Below are positions 9,548-19,747 of a DNA stretch of 64,000 nt, one piece after another (the stretch's first letter is position 1; each line of letters starts with the position of its first letter). The translations under genes were made by a program, and so were the position numbers. Under the pieces are notes generated by a model. The model made no database searches. It saw only the letters and a program-made list of their open reading frames with translations, and was not told the origin of the DNA. Origin of the DNA: Candidatus Poriferihabitaceae bacterium (lineage in GTDB: Bacteria; Pseudomonadota; Gammaproteobacteria; Arenicellales; Poriferihabitantaceae); assembly GCA_965204925.1 (NCBI GenBank), contig OZ242021.1:1653500-1717499 (forward strand), given 5' to 3'.

Positions 9548-10794
9548 GGGCGGTTTTTGTGGTCATTGACGAACAGCAGGAGTGTGGTAATGGCTGCCAA
9601 TTTTAATGCGCAAGGCGCCAGCGCATAAGCCCCGGACAGTGCAATTTGCCCTTCATATGAAGGCGAACCGGGCTCGTATCCGGCGCAGGCGAGTATGGGT
9701 AACGCGGTACCGGCTGCTATAGCGAGAGCTGTCTTTTGCAGGAAAGTCCAGACAGAAAATACCTGTCCGCCGCCGCCGCGAATGCGAGCTGCCAATATGG
9801 CCGGCATCAGGGTTATGTCAGCGCCCAGCGCCGCGCCGGAGGCGGCGGAGATCGTATAGAAAGCGGCAATATCACCCGCTTCCAGCAACCAGGCGCCGAT
9901 AAAAGCTGGCAGCGATAGCGTCATACCGGCGGCCAGCGTCGCCCTGCGTCCAATTATACCGGCAAGTCGCGCCCAGCAAGGGGCGGCTGCGGCAGACGAT
10001 ACAAAAAAGACGAGCAACAGGGCGCCTGCATGCGCCTCCGCCTCCAGGACATCGGCAACAAAGAACAGGAACAGGGTTGAGGTCACGGCAGTTGGCAGGG
10101 CATTGACAAAACCACAGAAAAGGACGGGCGCGACTCCCGGAACGCGAATGGCATCCATAAATCCGGTGTCAGGGAAAAGTCTCCCTGATGAGATCCAGCG
10201 TCCACGCATCCTTCCCAATACAAAAAGAGCGAGGAACATGAAGACAACCGCATAGCAGGCATAGGCGAGGGAGTCGCCAAAAGCCCATACCAGAGTGGCC
10301 GGCGCGGCCGCGGCGAGGCAGATGCCGACAATCCCGCAGACCTCGCGCCACAGCGCGATCCGGGTATACCCCTCTCCGGTAGCTTCGGCCTGTGCCAGAC
10401 CATGGTCGTACAGGGCGATCTGAAGCGCGCTGAAGCCGGTAAAGGCAGCCAGCAGTCCGCACGCCAGCCGTGGCAGGGGGTTGCCCCATGCCGGCGGCGC
10501 AAACAAAAGCGCCAGACCGGTTGCAAGAAGGACGCCTGAAATCACTGCCCACTTTTCGCGATGTTTCTGCAACCGATCCGCAAGTCGACCGATGATCGGG
10601 TCCTGAATGCTGTCAAGCCCTCGCGCGGCCAGCAGCGCCACGCCGAGTACGGAAAGACTGACGCCCATCTCCTGGGCATAAAAACGCGGCATATGGATGT
10701 ATAGCGGCAAACCGGCGAAAGCAAGCATGGCGGCAACGGATCCGGGCAGGATCAGGTCACGCCGCGAGAGCCGTACGGCAACGCGCTCAGTCAT
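9544..10794 (-). CDS. MFS transporter (MelB/GPH-like)
   Basis: LPLYIHMPRFY, RGLDSIQDPIIGRLAD; many hydrophobic segments. Confidence 0.85.
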   Translation of the reverse strand: MTERVAVRLSRRDLILPGSVAAMLAFAGLPLYIHMPRFYAQEMGVSLSVLGVALLAARGLDSIQDPIIGRLADRLQKHREKWAVISGVLLATGLALLFAPPAWGNPLPRLACGLLAAFTGFSALQIALYDHGLAQAEATGEGYTRIALWREVCGIVGICLAAAAPATLVWAFGDSLAYACYAVVFMFLALFVLGRMRGRWISSGRLFPDTGFMDAIRVPGVAPVLFCGFVNALPTAVTSTLFLFFVADVLEAEAHAGALLLVFFVSSAAAAPCWARLAGIIGRRATLAAGMTLSLPAFIGAWLLEAGDIAAFYTISAASGAALGADITLMPAILAARIRGGGGQVFSVWTFLQKTALAIAAGTALPILACAGYEPGSPSYEGQIALSGAYALAPCALKLAAITTLLLFVNDHKNRP

Positions 10795-11311
10795 CGCAGC
10801 GCCCCGAGAGCAGGCGGTCCCGCTGCTGCGGTTTACGGCTTTTGGAGCCAAGCCAGATATCCAGAAACAGATCGGCGTCTTGAGTAAGGGCGCCGACTTT
10901 ATTGCCGTTATGGAAGAGCTCAAGCCGTCCCGGGCCTTGCCGGCAAGCCATGAAAGAGTCTCCTTTGGTCACACTGCGCATCGTTTTCTCCAGCTGTGCG
11001 CGAGTTGCCTCAAAACTCTCCATGGGTCTGCCGGATATGCGCGCCATCTCGGATAACGAAGTGGAAACCAGTTCGTCTCGCGTAAAGCTCCGGTGATATT
11101 GGAGGGACAGGGCGAAGTTTTCACCCGGTGGCACGGCTGTGTCCGTGTGCAACTCCGCCCGGTATAATTTTAACCGGAAGAATCGGTATTCGGCACAGCC
11201 GGTAGCGCGTACCGGCCCTGTGCACCGGGCGATCTTGCTGTCAGTAGCGGCAACGGTGTCGTCAATCCCGGCAAAAACCGCGAGCATGGCTACCGCAAGA
11301 AAAAATCTCAT
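10787..11311 (-). CDS. Chalcone isomerase-like exported protein
   Basis: Signal peptide; FRLKLYRAEL, FALSLQY.R, FLDIWLG; cluster context. Confidence 0.75.
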   Translation of the reverse strand: MRFFLAVAMLAVFAGIDDTVAATDSKIARCTGPVRATGCAEYRFFRLKLYRAELHTDTAVPPGENFALSLQYHRSFTRDELVSTSLSEMARISGRPMESFEATRAQLEKTMRSVTKGDSFMACRQGPGRLELFHNGNKVGALTQDADLFLDIWLGSKSRKPQQRDRLLSGRCDD

Positions 11312-12069
11312 GTAATGTTCCTCTTCGGCGGCGCGGGTCTGCGTCGATAGCGCAGGCCCTTGTACCAGAGACGCAGAGCTTGCCAGTGAATCAGCGTGGT
11401 TGTGCGCATGGCGCCGCACGGTCTGCGTATCAGCGCGCGGGCCAGTTCGCGATCGCTGAAGGGTCGGCGCGTTCCGGCGATTGCGGTGTCCAGACCGCCG
11501 CCAGCCCCGTCTTCATAGACAATGCGCACGGCAACCCGGGTTTCATCAAGCAGAAAACGGAAGCGGTACTCACCCTTGACATCAAAATACGGGGAGACAT
11601 GAAAACATTTTGTCGAAACAGTCCAGCAGTTGCGAGTGATATCGGCGCCATTTGCACCCACACAGAAGTAGCCGTGGCGCTCCCCGAAAGTGTTATGCAC
11701 CTCGGCCAATACCGCGCGCAGGTTCAGTGATTCGCCCAAAAAGAACCAGAAGCTGACCGGGTTGAAAGTATAGCCCCAATAGCGCGGATGGACAAGTAAC
11801 AGTATATGTCGCGTGTCGTGGATGCCGGCTCCGGTCGCCAGACGTCGCATACCGTCCGCCCCCGCGTATCCGGAAATTCCGTGATCGGACGGATAGAGTG
11901 AAATCAGATTGGGCCGGCCGAACGAGAACAGGGCCGGCCCTCCCTCTTTGCCCAGCGCAGCCTCGTCAAGCAGCAAATAGTCTGTGTCGTACACGAAGCG
12001 GTTGCTTACCGGCGCTCGCCGGGTGTGAACGACCCGGGCGCGCACTACCGAGGAACGGATCAATTCCAT
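11308..12069 (-). CDS. DUF1365 family protein (UfaO-like)
   Basis: H.R..P..NRFVY, PRYWGYTFNPVSFWF, AEVHNTFGERH, FHVSPYF, IHWQALRLWYKG. Confidence 0.9.
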   Translation of the reverse strand: MELIRSSVVRARVVHTRRAPVSNRFVYDTDYLLLDEAALGKEGGPALFSFGRPNLISLYPSDHGISGYAGADGMRRLATGAGIHDTRHILLLVHPRYWGYTFNPVSFWFFLGESLNLRAVLAEVHNTFGERHGYFCVGANGADITRNCWTVSTKCFHVSPYFDVKGEYRFRFLLDETRVAVRIVYEDGAGGGLDTAIAGTRRPFSDRELARALIRRPCGAMRTTTLIHWQALRLWYKGLRYRRRPAPPKRNIT

Positions 12070-13385
12070 GGCGGCGATACCCCAAGCCGCGCGGCGACAT
12101 TCACGGCGCTTGCCAGACCGTCTTCATGGAAACCGTAACGGGTCCAGGCTCCACAATGCCAGGTATTGCGGCAGCCCTGAATGGAGGGCAAGGCCGCCTG
12201 TGCGGTTATGGCGCTGAAATCATATTGCGGGTGGGTGAAAAAGTGTTCGTCCAGGACACGCGATTCACAGATTCGCAACGGTGGATTCAGGGTCGCGAAA
12301 ACCGGGGTATCGTGTGCAATGCCTTGCAATGAATTCAACCAGTAAGTAACGGATGCGCCTTGTTCGTTCTCCTGCGAGCTCGCCAGATACACCCAGCTTG
12401 ACCAACAGGCCCTGCGCCGCGGCATCAGTCGCGGATCGTTGTGAATCACAATTCGATTACGCCGGAACTGTATAGCGCCGAGAATTTGCCTTTCCCGGGG
12501 GCGGGCATCCTTCAGGATCGCCAGCGTTTCATCAGCATGGCAGGCAAAGATGACGTGATCGAACAGCCGCGACTCCTGCCCGGCGGCCTTGACTCTCACG
12601 CCGCTCGTTTCGCGGGTTACGGATTCTACCGCCGTACGCAGCCTGATCTGCGTGTCCATACTTTTTTCCATGCGGGAAATATAATTGCGCGAACCACCGC
12701 TGACGGTCCACCATTGATGCTGACCGTTGAAGGATAACAACCCGTGATTGGCGAAGAAGCGGGTCAGGACGCCCGCGGGGAAATCCTGCATCGCGGCGCG
12801 CGGCGTCGACCAGATGGCGCCGCTCATCGGCAGCAGATAATAGTGCATGAACCACGAACCAAAGCGTTTGCGGCGCATCAGCTCGCCCAGGGTAAGGTCC
12901 GAATTATTCCCGGTATCGACCAGAGCCGTACGGTTGAACACCGCGATATCACGGAGCATGCGCCAGAACCCCGGACTTGTAACATTTGATGGCTGTGCGA
13001 GCAGGGAACGGAGATTGCCGCCGCCGTATTCGATCGCTCCGCCGTCTACGGAGACGGCGAAAGACATATCACTCTTTTGTACAGGCACTTCCAGGAACCC
13101 GAACAGTGCGTTGAGATTCGGGTAGTTAACGCGGTTGAAAACGATGAAGCCGGTATCGACCGCTACCTTGCGGGCGCGCGACATAACCGAGATAGTGCGG
13201 GCATGGCCGCCCGCGCGGTCCGCCGCCTCGAATATTTCGACATCATGGGCGCGGGACAGCAGCCATGCCGCGCCAAGGCCGGAAATCCCTGCGCCGATCA
13301 CGGCAATTTTGTTCCTGCGCACATGCCGCTGTTCCCGTGCGTTGATCACAGGTTTCATGCAGTTTCGCTGCGGGAACTTCATCAC
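12060..13385 (-). CDS. FAD-dependent oxidoreductase (UfaD-like)
   Basis: IAVIGAGISGL, GGHART, VDTGFIVFN..NYPN, GAWTRYGFHEDGL; start could be 13385, 13382 or 13358. Confidence 0.9.
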   Translation of the reverse strand: MMKFPQRNCMKPVINAREQRHVRRNKIAVIGAGISGLGAAWLLSRAHDVEIFEAADRAGGHARTISVMSRARKVAVDTGFIVFNRVNYPNLNALFGFLEVPVQKSDMSFAVSVDGGAIEYGGGNLRSLLAQPSNVTSPGFWRMLRDIAVFNRTALVDTGNNSDLTLGELMRRKRFGSWFMHYYLLPMSGAIWSTPRAAMQDFPAGVLTRFFANHGLLSFNGQHQWWTVSGGSRNYISRMEKSMDTQIRLRTAVESVTRETSGVRVKAAGQESRLFDHVIFACHADETLAILKDARPRERQILGAIQFRRNRIVIHNDPRLMPRRRACWSSWVYLASSQENEQGASVTYWLNSLQGIAHDTPVFATLNPPLRICESRVLDEHFFTHPQYDFSAITAQAALPSIQGCRNTWHCGAWTRYGFHEDGLASAVNVAARLGVSPPWN

Positions 13386-13472
13386 GTGGAATCTTTTCCC
13401 GCTCTTTGGATCATGGTGATCGTCCCGGACATGATCAACTTTAATGTACGGAATCCCGGGTTCGGGGTTTGC

Positions 13473-13493
13473 GGGCAGGAACAGGCCCTGCCC
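13473..13493 (-). terminator. Hairpin downstream of the transglutaminase gene
   Basis: GGGCAGG-N7-CCTGCCC. Confidence 0.4.
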
Positions 13494-13517
13494 TCGCGGG
13501 AGCGGTTATTGATCAAG

Positions 13518-14483
13518 TTACTGATCAGGATCATGTCCCCGTTTCGGGGGCGAACCGGTGACGACGATCAGGTTGGCCGGTACAAAATGTGGTTTGATAA
13601 CAGGTGTCGCTTCGTCGATTGCCTTGACTGTGACCTGTACCCCAAGGCTCAATTGGCCGTTGCAAGACAGGGTTCCCGTTGTTGGCGCCGCATCTGCATA
13701 GTCGCGGCCCACGGCGATACGGATATGGCGGTGGTCAGCGAGCGAATTATTGGTCGGGTCTATGCCGATCCAGCCTGACCCCGGAAAGAAAAATTCTCCC
13801 CATGAGTGGCTTTCTCCGGCAGGGGTCTGTTCTCCTGCCGCGCCTTCCAGGTAGAGGTATCCCGATACGTATCGGGCCGGAATCCCCCAGTTCCGGGCAA
13901 TGGCGATCAGGACATGTGTATAGTCCTGGCAAACCCCGCGCCCGCTTTTCAGGATATGTTCGATCGGTGAGTGCGCATCGGTGCTGCCCGGAACGTACCG
14001 GAACGTCCGGTAGAGCGCCGACGCCGTATCAAGGAGCGCAGACAGCGGATTGTCGCCGCGCTGCAATCCGTGCGTCTGCATGAATGCCGACAGAGGCGGA
14101 CAGGAATAGATAAAACGGCTGGGATTGAGGAATTCCCAGAAGCGCGCCCGATCTACCATTTTTGTAAAGTCATGCCAGTTGTCGGGTTGTGTCCGGCGCC
14201 CGGGCGGTGGAGAGGAACGGGTTGTTACCTGCACTCTTGATTCGATGATCGTGTGTCTGTGTTGCCGGTGCAGGTTGAGCAGATGGCAGGTATTTCCGAG
14301 GGCGTCTTCAAGAGTCGCGAGCGCGGCGGCCGGGTCGGTTTTCAGGCTGAAATTCAGCATTTTTTGTCCGCCGTCTTCACGTGGATGGAGGCGCAGAAGC
14401 ATAACACTGTGATGGGCAGGGGCCGAGTAGCGAAAGTGCGATAAATGGTCAACCTGGAAAGAATGATTGCCGGAGGAAGTCAT
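13518..14483 (-). CDS. Transglutaminase-like protein
   Basis: GVCQDYTH, PARYVSGYL, SHSW.E, GWIGIDPTN, AVGRDYADAAP (Cys-His-Asp triad). Confidence 0.92.
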   Translation of the reverse strand: MTSSGNHSFQVDHLSHFRYSAPAHHSVMLLRLHPREDGGQKMLNFSLKTDPAAALATLEDALGNTCHLLNLHRQHRHTIIESRVQVTTRSSPPPGRRTQPDNWHDFTKMVDRARFWEFLNPSRFIYSCPPLSAFMQTHGLQRGDNPLSALLDTASALYRTFRYVPGSTDAHSPIEHILKSGRGVCQDYTHVLIAIARNWGIPARYVSGYLYLEGAAGEQTPAGESHSWGEFFFPGSGWIGIDPTNNSLADHRHIRIAVGRDYADAAPTTGTLSCNGQLSLGVQVTVKAIDEATPVIKPHFVPANLIVVTGSPPKRGHDPDQ

Positions 14484-15457
14484 AACCGGATACTGTCCTC
14501 AATGATGTAATTGAACCAGGTTGCTTCAACCTTGACATGAAGTCGGGAGCAAAGTCTGTGAATATTCTGCAGCGCTTTTTGCGTCGCATGATCGTCTTCG
14601 GGATCACGGACTGGCCATTCGTAATCGATATATGCAGACATGTATCCACAGTGGCGGAAGGCTTCCGTGGCAGGCTGATGAACGGAAATAGCGGCAAGCG
14701 CCTCGGAGATCTGTTGCAAGGCATATCGAATGGAATGGGCAAGCAGGGGATCGGATACGAGGAAATCAATCACCTTGTGCGGAGGATACTGAATGGAATA
14801 GAGGCGGCTATAGGTGAATTTCGATTCACAAACCCGCAGGAGGGAGCTCCAGTCGGACTCGATTTGCATCTCTCTTGTCGGAAAGATCTCCAGCTGGGCA
14901 TCAAGCAAGGCGGACAGCAGCAGCGTTCTTTCGACAAACCGGCCCAGCTGGAGGAAGTACCAGACACCGTCCCGGTACATGGTACTGTCGGCAATGCCCG
15001 AGAACGTTCGAATGGCGCTCTCGGTACGGGCATAGAACTCTCTCGGACGATTGTCCCAGATGTCTCCAATTTCCATATCGCGCAGTTCCAGGTATATGCT
15101 GTTGAGGCAATGCCACATGTCTTTCCCGATCACATTTCGAACCTGACGGGCATTGTCACGCGCCGCCAGGACGCAGCTCCTGATGGCATCCGGGTTGCTG
15201 CGCTCAAATGTCAGATCGTCGGTCAGTGTGTAGGAGTCTGCCAGCATGAAAACCTCATCATCGGGGTCGGACTGGAGGTGGCCGCAAGCGGGGTTACGAT
15301 GCAGGCTGGCATAGAGGCGCCGCCACATACGGTCGATGTCTTCTATCGGCCGGTCTTCCAGAGCAATAAGCTGATCGGCGAGTAGCCGACAGCCGTGTTC
15401 GGCCCGTTCGAGATAGCGGCCGATCCAGTATAGTCCCTGTGCGTTACTTGACAGCAT
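14480..15457 (-). CDS. Alpha-E domain protein (DUF403)
   Basis: MLS..A..LYWIGRYLERAE, ARDNARQVR, LGRFVER. Confidence 0.9.
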   Translation of the reverse strand: MLSSNAQGLYWIGRYLERAEHGCRLLADQLIALEDRPIEDIDRMWRRLYASLHRNPACGHLQSDPDDEVFMLADSYTLTDDLTFERSNPDAIRSCVLAARDNARQVRNVIGKDMWHCLNSIYLELRDMEIGDIWDNRPREFYARTESAIRTFSGIADSTMYRDGVWYFLQLGRFVERTLLLSALLDAQLEIFPTREMQIESDWSSLLRVCESKFTYSRLYSIQYPPHKVIDFLVSDPLLAHSIRYALQQISEALAAISVHQPATEAFRHCGYMSAYIDYEWPVRDPEDDHATQKALQNIHRLCSRLHVKVEATWFNYIIEDSIRL

Positions 15458-15467
15458 CTCCCGGTCG

Positions 15468-16952
15468 TCACGCAGACAGTACCCACAAATCCTTGCCTCC
15501 TCCTCCCTGGCTTGAGTTGACGACCAGGGATCCGGGAGTCAGGGCAACCCGGCAAAAAGCGCCGGGCGCCATTCGGGTGCTCTGTCCGTGCAGCACAAAT
15601 GGCCGCAGGTCGACATGTCTCGGCGCCACCCCCTGATCGGTCAGACAGGGCGAGCAGGAAAGTTCAAGAGTTGGCTGGGAGATGAAGTTGGCCGGATCGT
15701 TGCGTATTTTTTCCGCATAGGCGGCGCGTTCGACAGGCGTTGCATGCGGCCCGACCAGCATGCCGTATCCTCCCGACCCGCCGACTGTTTTGACAACAAG
15801 CTGTTCGAGATTGTCCAGCGTATACTCCAGGCCCTGCGGCTCCCGGCACAGGTAGGTGCGGACATTGGCGATTATGGGTTCCTCACCCAGATAGTACTGG
15901 ATTATACGGGGAACAAATGGATAAATACTCTTGTCATCGGCCACTCCCGTACCGGGCGCATTGGCGATGACCACATTGCCCAAACGATAAGCGTAAAAGA
16001 GTCCGGGCACACCCAACCGGGAATCGGGTCGAAATGCCAAAGGGTCCAGGAAATGATCATCGATCCTGCGGTAGATCACATCGACCCGCCTCAGCCCTTT
16101 CGTGGTGCGCATGTACACAAAACCATTGTGCACCAGCAGGTCCTGTCCCTGAACGAGCTCAACACCCATTTCGCGGGCAAGGAACATGTGTTCATAAAAT
16201 GCCGAGTTGTAGATTCCCGGGGTTAACAGCACAATGCAGGGATCCGTGATTTCGGGCGTGGCCAGCTCCATGAGGGTGCGGCGAAGCAATTGCCCGTAAT
16301 GTTCGATGCTGCGCACACGGTGCTGGCGAAAGATGTTGCGGAAACCGGTTTTCAGGGCGCTGCGATTGGCCAGCATATAGGAAACCCCTGAAGGCGTCCG
16401 CAGATTGTCTTCCAGTACCATAAAACCGTCATGGGTACGCACAAGATCCGTTCCGCACAGGGATATCCAGGAGCCGTGCAGTACCTCCACGCCGCGCATC
16501 TCGCTCAGGTACTGGGAACAGCCGTATACCATGTCCACAGGTACGACCCCATCAGCAAGAATCCTGCCGGCCCCGTAGACATCGGCGAGGAACAGGTTCA
16601 GCGCTTTCAGTCGTTGCTCAAGTCCCTTTTCGAGAAAACCCCAGGTTTCGGCATCAATGATCCGGGGCAGCAAATCGATCGGGATGATGCGTTCCTCCGC
16701 GCTTTCCTCGCCGTACACGGCAAATGTGATACCTTCCTTGAGGAACGATCTTTCGGTACGTTCCTGCATGGCCCTGATTTCCTCGCGGGACATGGTGTCC
16801 AGCGCATACCAGAGGTTGCGGCAGTGGCCGCGTGGCGTACCATTGGCATGAAACATCTCGTCGTAACAGGTTGGGTGGGGGTTGTAATTGGAAAAGAGCC
16901 CCGTATTCGCGGCGGGGGAACGGTCCGTTTCCGGAGGATTGCGATCTGGCAT
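15468..16952 (-). CDS. Circularly permuted type 2 ATP-grasp protein
   Basis: LEDNLRTPSGVSY, LLTPGIYNSAFYEH, VDVIYRRIDD, LVVNSSQGGGGKD. Confidence 0.93.
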   Translation of the reverse strand: MPDRNPPETDRSPAANTGLFSNYNPHPTCYDEMFHANGTPRGHCRNLWYALDTMSREEIRAMQERTERSFLKEGITFAVYGEESAEERIIPIDLLPRIIDAETWGFLEKGLEQRLKALNLFLADVYGAGRILADGVVPVDMVYGCSQYLSEMRGVEVLHGSWISLCGTDLVRTHDGFMVLEDNLRTPSGVSYMLANRSALKTGFRNIFRQHRVRSIEHYGQLLRRTLMELATPEITDPCIVLLTPGIYNSAFYEHMFLAREMGVELVQGQDLLVHNGFVYMRTTKGLRRVDVIYRRIDDHFLDPLAFRPDSRLGVPGLFYAYRLGNVVIANAPGTGVADDKSIYPFVPRIIQYYLGEEPIIANVRTYLCREPQGLEYTLDNLEQLVVKTVGGSGGYGMLVGPHATPVERAAYAEKIRNDPANFISQPTLELSCSPCLTDQGVAPRHVDLRPFVLHGQSTRMAPGAFCRVALTPGSLVVNSSQGGGGKDLWVLSA

Positions 16953-17063
16953 TTTTGAACTCGATGGAAATAAAACATACGGGTTGCCGCTTGTTTCGAG
17001 TGTATTCTACCAGTAATCCCCGTGAAGATGACGAGCCAGTGAACTCTCCGGTTGTTCACGGCG

Positions 17064-17084
17064 GCGCAGGAAACAGGCCTGCGC
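17064..17084 (-). terminator. Hairpin immediately after the TRAP large subunit gene
   Basis: GCGCAGG-N7-CCTGCGC, 2 bp from the stop codon. Confidence 0.45.
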
Positions 17085-17086
17085 GA

Positions 17087-19747
17087 CTAGAAGTACAGGG
17101 ATACGTCACGATGTACGGATTGGCAGGCGGCTATCTGTTTTGCCCGGGCTTTTGTGAAGCGGGGTTGCAGGCGGGCGCCTATCGTGCTTTTTATGGCATT
17201 GTCGTAGTCGCGCAGGGCGGGCAATAGTGATGAAGCCCGCTCTCTCCACTCCAGTTCTTCGGTGAACAGCGACAAGGCTTGTGCGTGATGCCGTTTTGCC
17301 GCTTCGATATCGGGATTGTCACCTTTCAGCGCGCGTCTTGATTTCGCGAGCTGCGATTTGATTTTGGAAACCCCATCGAAACCGCCAAGCTGCGATTCGA
17401 CCGATTGAATCGTCTCACCCGCTATTACCGCCGTATCGTTTTCGATCGCTGAAGCCAGATCCCTTATGGCTGTTTCCGCGCCAGCCAGTTGCGCCTTCTG
17501 ATCAAGGAGTCGCAGCAGCCTTTGCAACGGCTCATACGCCGCATCGGAGTTCCGGCGATAGTTGATCCTTGCGCTTTTTTCCACCTTTGCGAGGTCTTTA
17601 TACTTTTTGTTTTCTTCCCGCCAGTTTGCAGGCAGGCGGTTTTCCAGCGTTTCCCGCTCAAGCTCAAGATCGTCCATTTCCAGTTCAACGGATTGCAGGA
17701 GATCGGGCGCGGCATCGGCATCGCGTGACCATTGCCTGTGTTTGTCCTGCAGGATTTTCAGGCGATTATCAATACTTTTGAGTCGATTGTTGATCCGGCG
17801 GACTTCGTTGTGCAACGGCTTGTAAGCGGGTATGAAGCGATCCAGTTCAGCGTTCGCCTCCCTTATATTGTTCACCAGATCAGGCGTATTTTCTGCCAGC
17901 TTGAAGCTGTCGGTGAGAGTGTCTTGCCAGACATCGGGCAGGGAGCGTAAATCCGTCCTTGCAATGATTGACAGACTGTCCCGTATCGCTGCCCCGCGCT
18001 CGTCGTATTCCCCGAAAACCTGTTCTTCGAGACAATACTGCAATTTCGGGTTGACGGGGGGCGGCGCCGTTGCGGAGGTGAGGTAGGTTCGCGTGGGCAT
18101 ATAGTTGACGAGGTTCGGAAAATAGCCCACGATGGCAAGTCCGACCAGTTGCAACACGATGAACGCGACCACGCCTTTGTAGATAGCCGTGGTTTTGACG
18201 CTCGACGGCGCCACGCCTCTTAAGTAAAACAGGGCAAAGCCGAACGGTGGGGTAAGGAAAGAGGTTTGAATGTTCAGCCCGATCATCACGCCCAGCCACA
18301 CGGCGGTGATGTTGGCAGAGGGATCGGCCAACAGGATCGGCGCCACGATGGGGACAACGACTACGGCAATTTCAATAAAGTCGAGGAAGAACCCGAGCAG
18401 GAAGATGACCAGCATGACCACGAAGAACTGGGTCCAGAACCCTCCGGGCAAACCGGTCAGGAACTCCCGTACCAGATGTTCTCCCCCGAATGCCCGGAAT
18501 GCGGCAGTCAGCATGGCCGCTCCGATCAGGATGATGAATACCATGGAGGTGGTTTTGGCCGTATCGATCATGACGCTGACCAGCGTGTCGTTTATTTTCC
18601 AGGTCCTCCAGGCGCTCTGGACAATGGCGCCCAGGCAGACGAGTACTGCGATGGCTGCCAGAATAATTCCGATCCGGTCTCTCTGCCCGGTTATATTTTT
18701 GACATTGAGATCAAAAAATTGCAGCAAGAGCAGAATGACTGCAACGGAGCAGATGAAAATAATCAGTGGCGTATACCGGTTCGCGGAGTCGTCCTTCAGC
18801 CGGTATCCTCCCATGACAATGGCGCCGACGGCGCCGATGGCGCCAGCCTGGTTGACCGTAGCTACTCCGGTCACGATCGAACCGAGTACGGAGAAGATGA
18901 GCGCCAGGGGCGGCACAAGGGAAATGGCAATATTGCCGAAGAATTTTCGATCATATTTCCCGTCGTGGGGGATCGGCGGCGCTGTACCGGGTTTCAGCAT
19001 GGCTCTTGCCAGAATGTACAGCATGTACAGAGCAACGAGAATGAGACCGGGGATGAGTGCGCCCATGAACATGTCCCCGGCGCTGGCAGAGGCGATGTCG
19101 AGCTCGGCGGGCATGGAAAATTCACCGGTTGCCTGTTTGTATTCGCGGGCTCTTAACGTTCTCGCCTGATCTGCCGCATTAGCCAACTGATCGGCAAGGA
19201 TGATCAGTACAATGGAAGGGGGGATGATTTGTCCGAGAGTGCCTGAAGCGCAGATCGTTCCCGTGGCCAATGGCCTCGAATACCGGTTGCGCAGCATGGC
19301 CGGTAATGAGATCAATCCCATGGCAATGACGGTGGCGCCGAGAATACCCGTTGTCGCAGCCAGCAACGCTCCTACGAAAACGACGGAAATGCCCAGGCCT
19401 CCGGGCACCGGCCCGAATAATCGGGCCATGGCCACAAGCAGGTCCTCGGCGATCCTGGAGCGTTGCAGCATGATACCCATGAACACAAATAACGGAATGG
19501 CGATCAGTGTATCGCGTTCGACTTCCCAGTAGAGGCTGCGGAAATTGGTCACTCCTGCCGTCAGCCACTGCACCGGGCCGTCCTGGGCAAAATAAGCCCC
19601 CGCGTCTCCGGCGAACAAATAACCGCAAACTGCGGCCGCGACAATCGCGCCGATGGCGGACCCGGGCAAGGCAAAAGCCACCGGGAATCCTGAACTCAAT
19701 GAAATGATCATGAGGAGGATGAGAACTCCCAGGAAAATCAATTCCAC
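17087..19747 (-). CDS. TRAP transporter large permease (DctM) with a long C-terminal soluble extension
   Basis: GFPVAFAL, LIAIPLFVFMG, GTLGQIIPPS, SFLTPPFGFALFYLRGVAP; about 330 extra hydrophilic residues. Confidence 0.9.
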   Translation of the reverse strand: MELIFLGVLILLMIISLSSGFPVAFALPGSAIGAIVAAAVCGYLFAGDAGAYFAQDGPVQWLTAGVTNFRSLYWEVERDTLIAIPLFVFMGIMLQRSRIAEDLLVAMARLFGPVPGGLGISVVFVGALLAATTGILGATVIAMGLISLPAMLRNRYSRPLATGTICASGTLGQIIPPSIVLIILADQLANAADQARTLRAREYKQATGEFSMPAELDIASASAGDMFMGALIPGLILVALYMLYILARAMLKPGTAPPIPHDGKYDRKFFGNIAISLVPPLALIFSVLGSIVTGVATVNQAGAIGAVGAIVMGGYRLKDDSANRYTPLIIFICSVAVILLLLQFFDLNVKNITGQRDRIGIILAAIAVLVCLGAIVQSAWRTWKINDTLVSVMIDTAKTTSMVFIILIGAAMLTAAFRAFGGEHLVREFLTGLPGGFWTQFFVVMLVIFLLGFFLDFIEIAVVVVPIVAPILLADPSANITAVWLGVMIGLNIQTSFLTPPFGFALFYLRGVAPSSVKTTAIYKGVVAFIVLQLVGLAIVGYFPNLVNYMPTRTYLTSATAPPPVNPKLQYCLEEQVFGEYDERGAAIRDSLSIIARTDLRSLPDVWQDTLTDSFKLAENTPDLVNNIREANAELDRFIPAYKPLHNEVRRINNRLKSIDNRLKILQDKHRQWSRDADAAPDLLQSVELEMDDLELERETLENRLPANWREENKKYKDLAKVEKSARINYRRNSDAAYEPLQRLLRLLDQKAQLAGAETAIRDLASAIENDTAVIAGETIQSVESQLGGFDGVSKIKSQLAKSRRALKGDNPDIEAAKRHHAQALSLFTEELEWRERASSLLPALRDYDNAIKSTIGARLQPRFTKARAKQIAACQSVHRDVSLYF

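Noticed and set aside
13380..13470. RpoE (ECF)-type promoter for the lipid cluster: TGATCC on the minus strand at 13413-13408 and CGTA near 13447
   Set aside because: The two elements are not in the correct order or spacing, and no convincing -10 follows TGATCC.
13473..17084. Similar hairpins GCAGG-AACAGG-CCTGC at 13473 and 17064 as a REP family
   Set aside because: Only two short copies, both at gene ends; simple terminator-like hairpins explain them.
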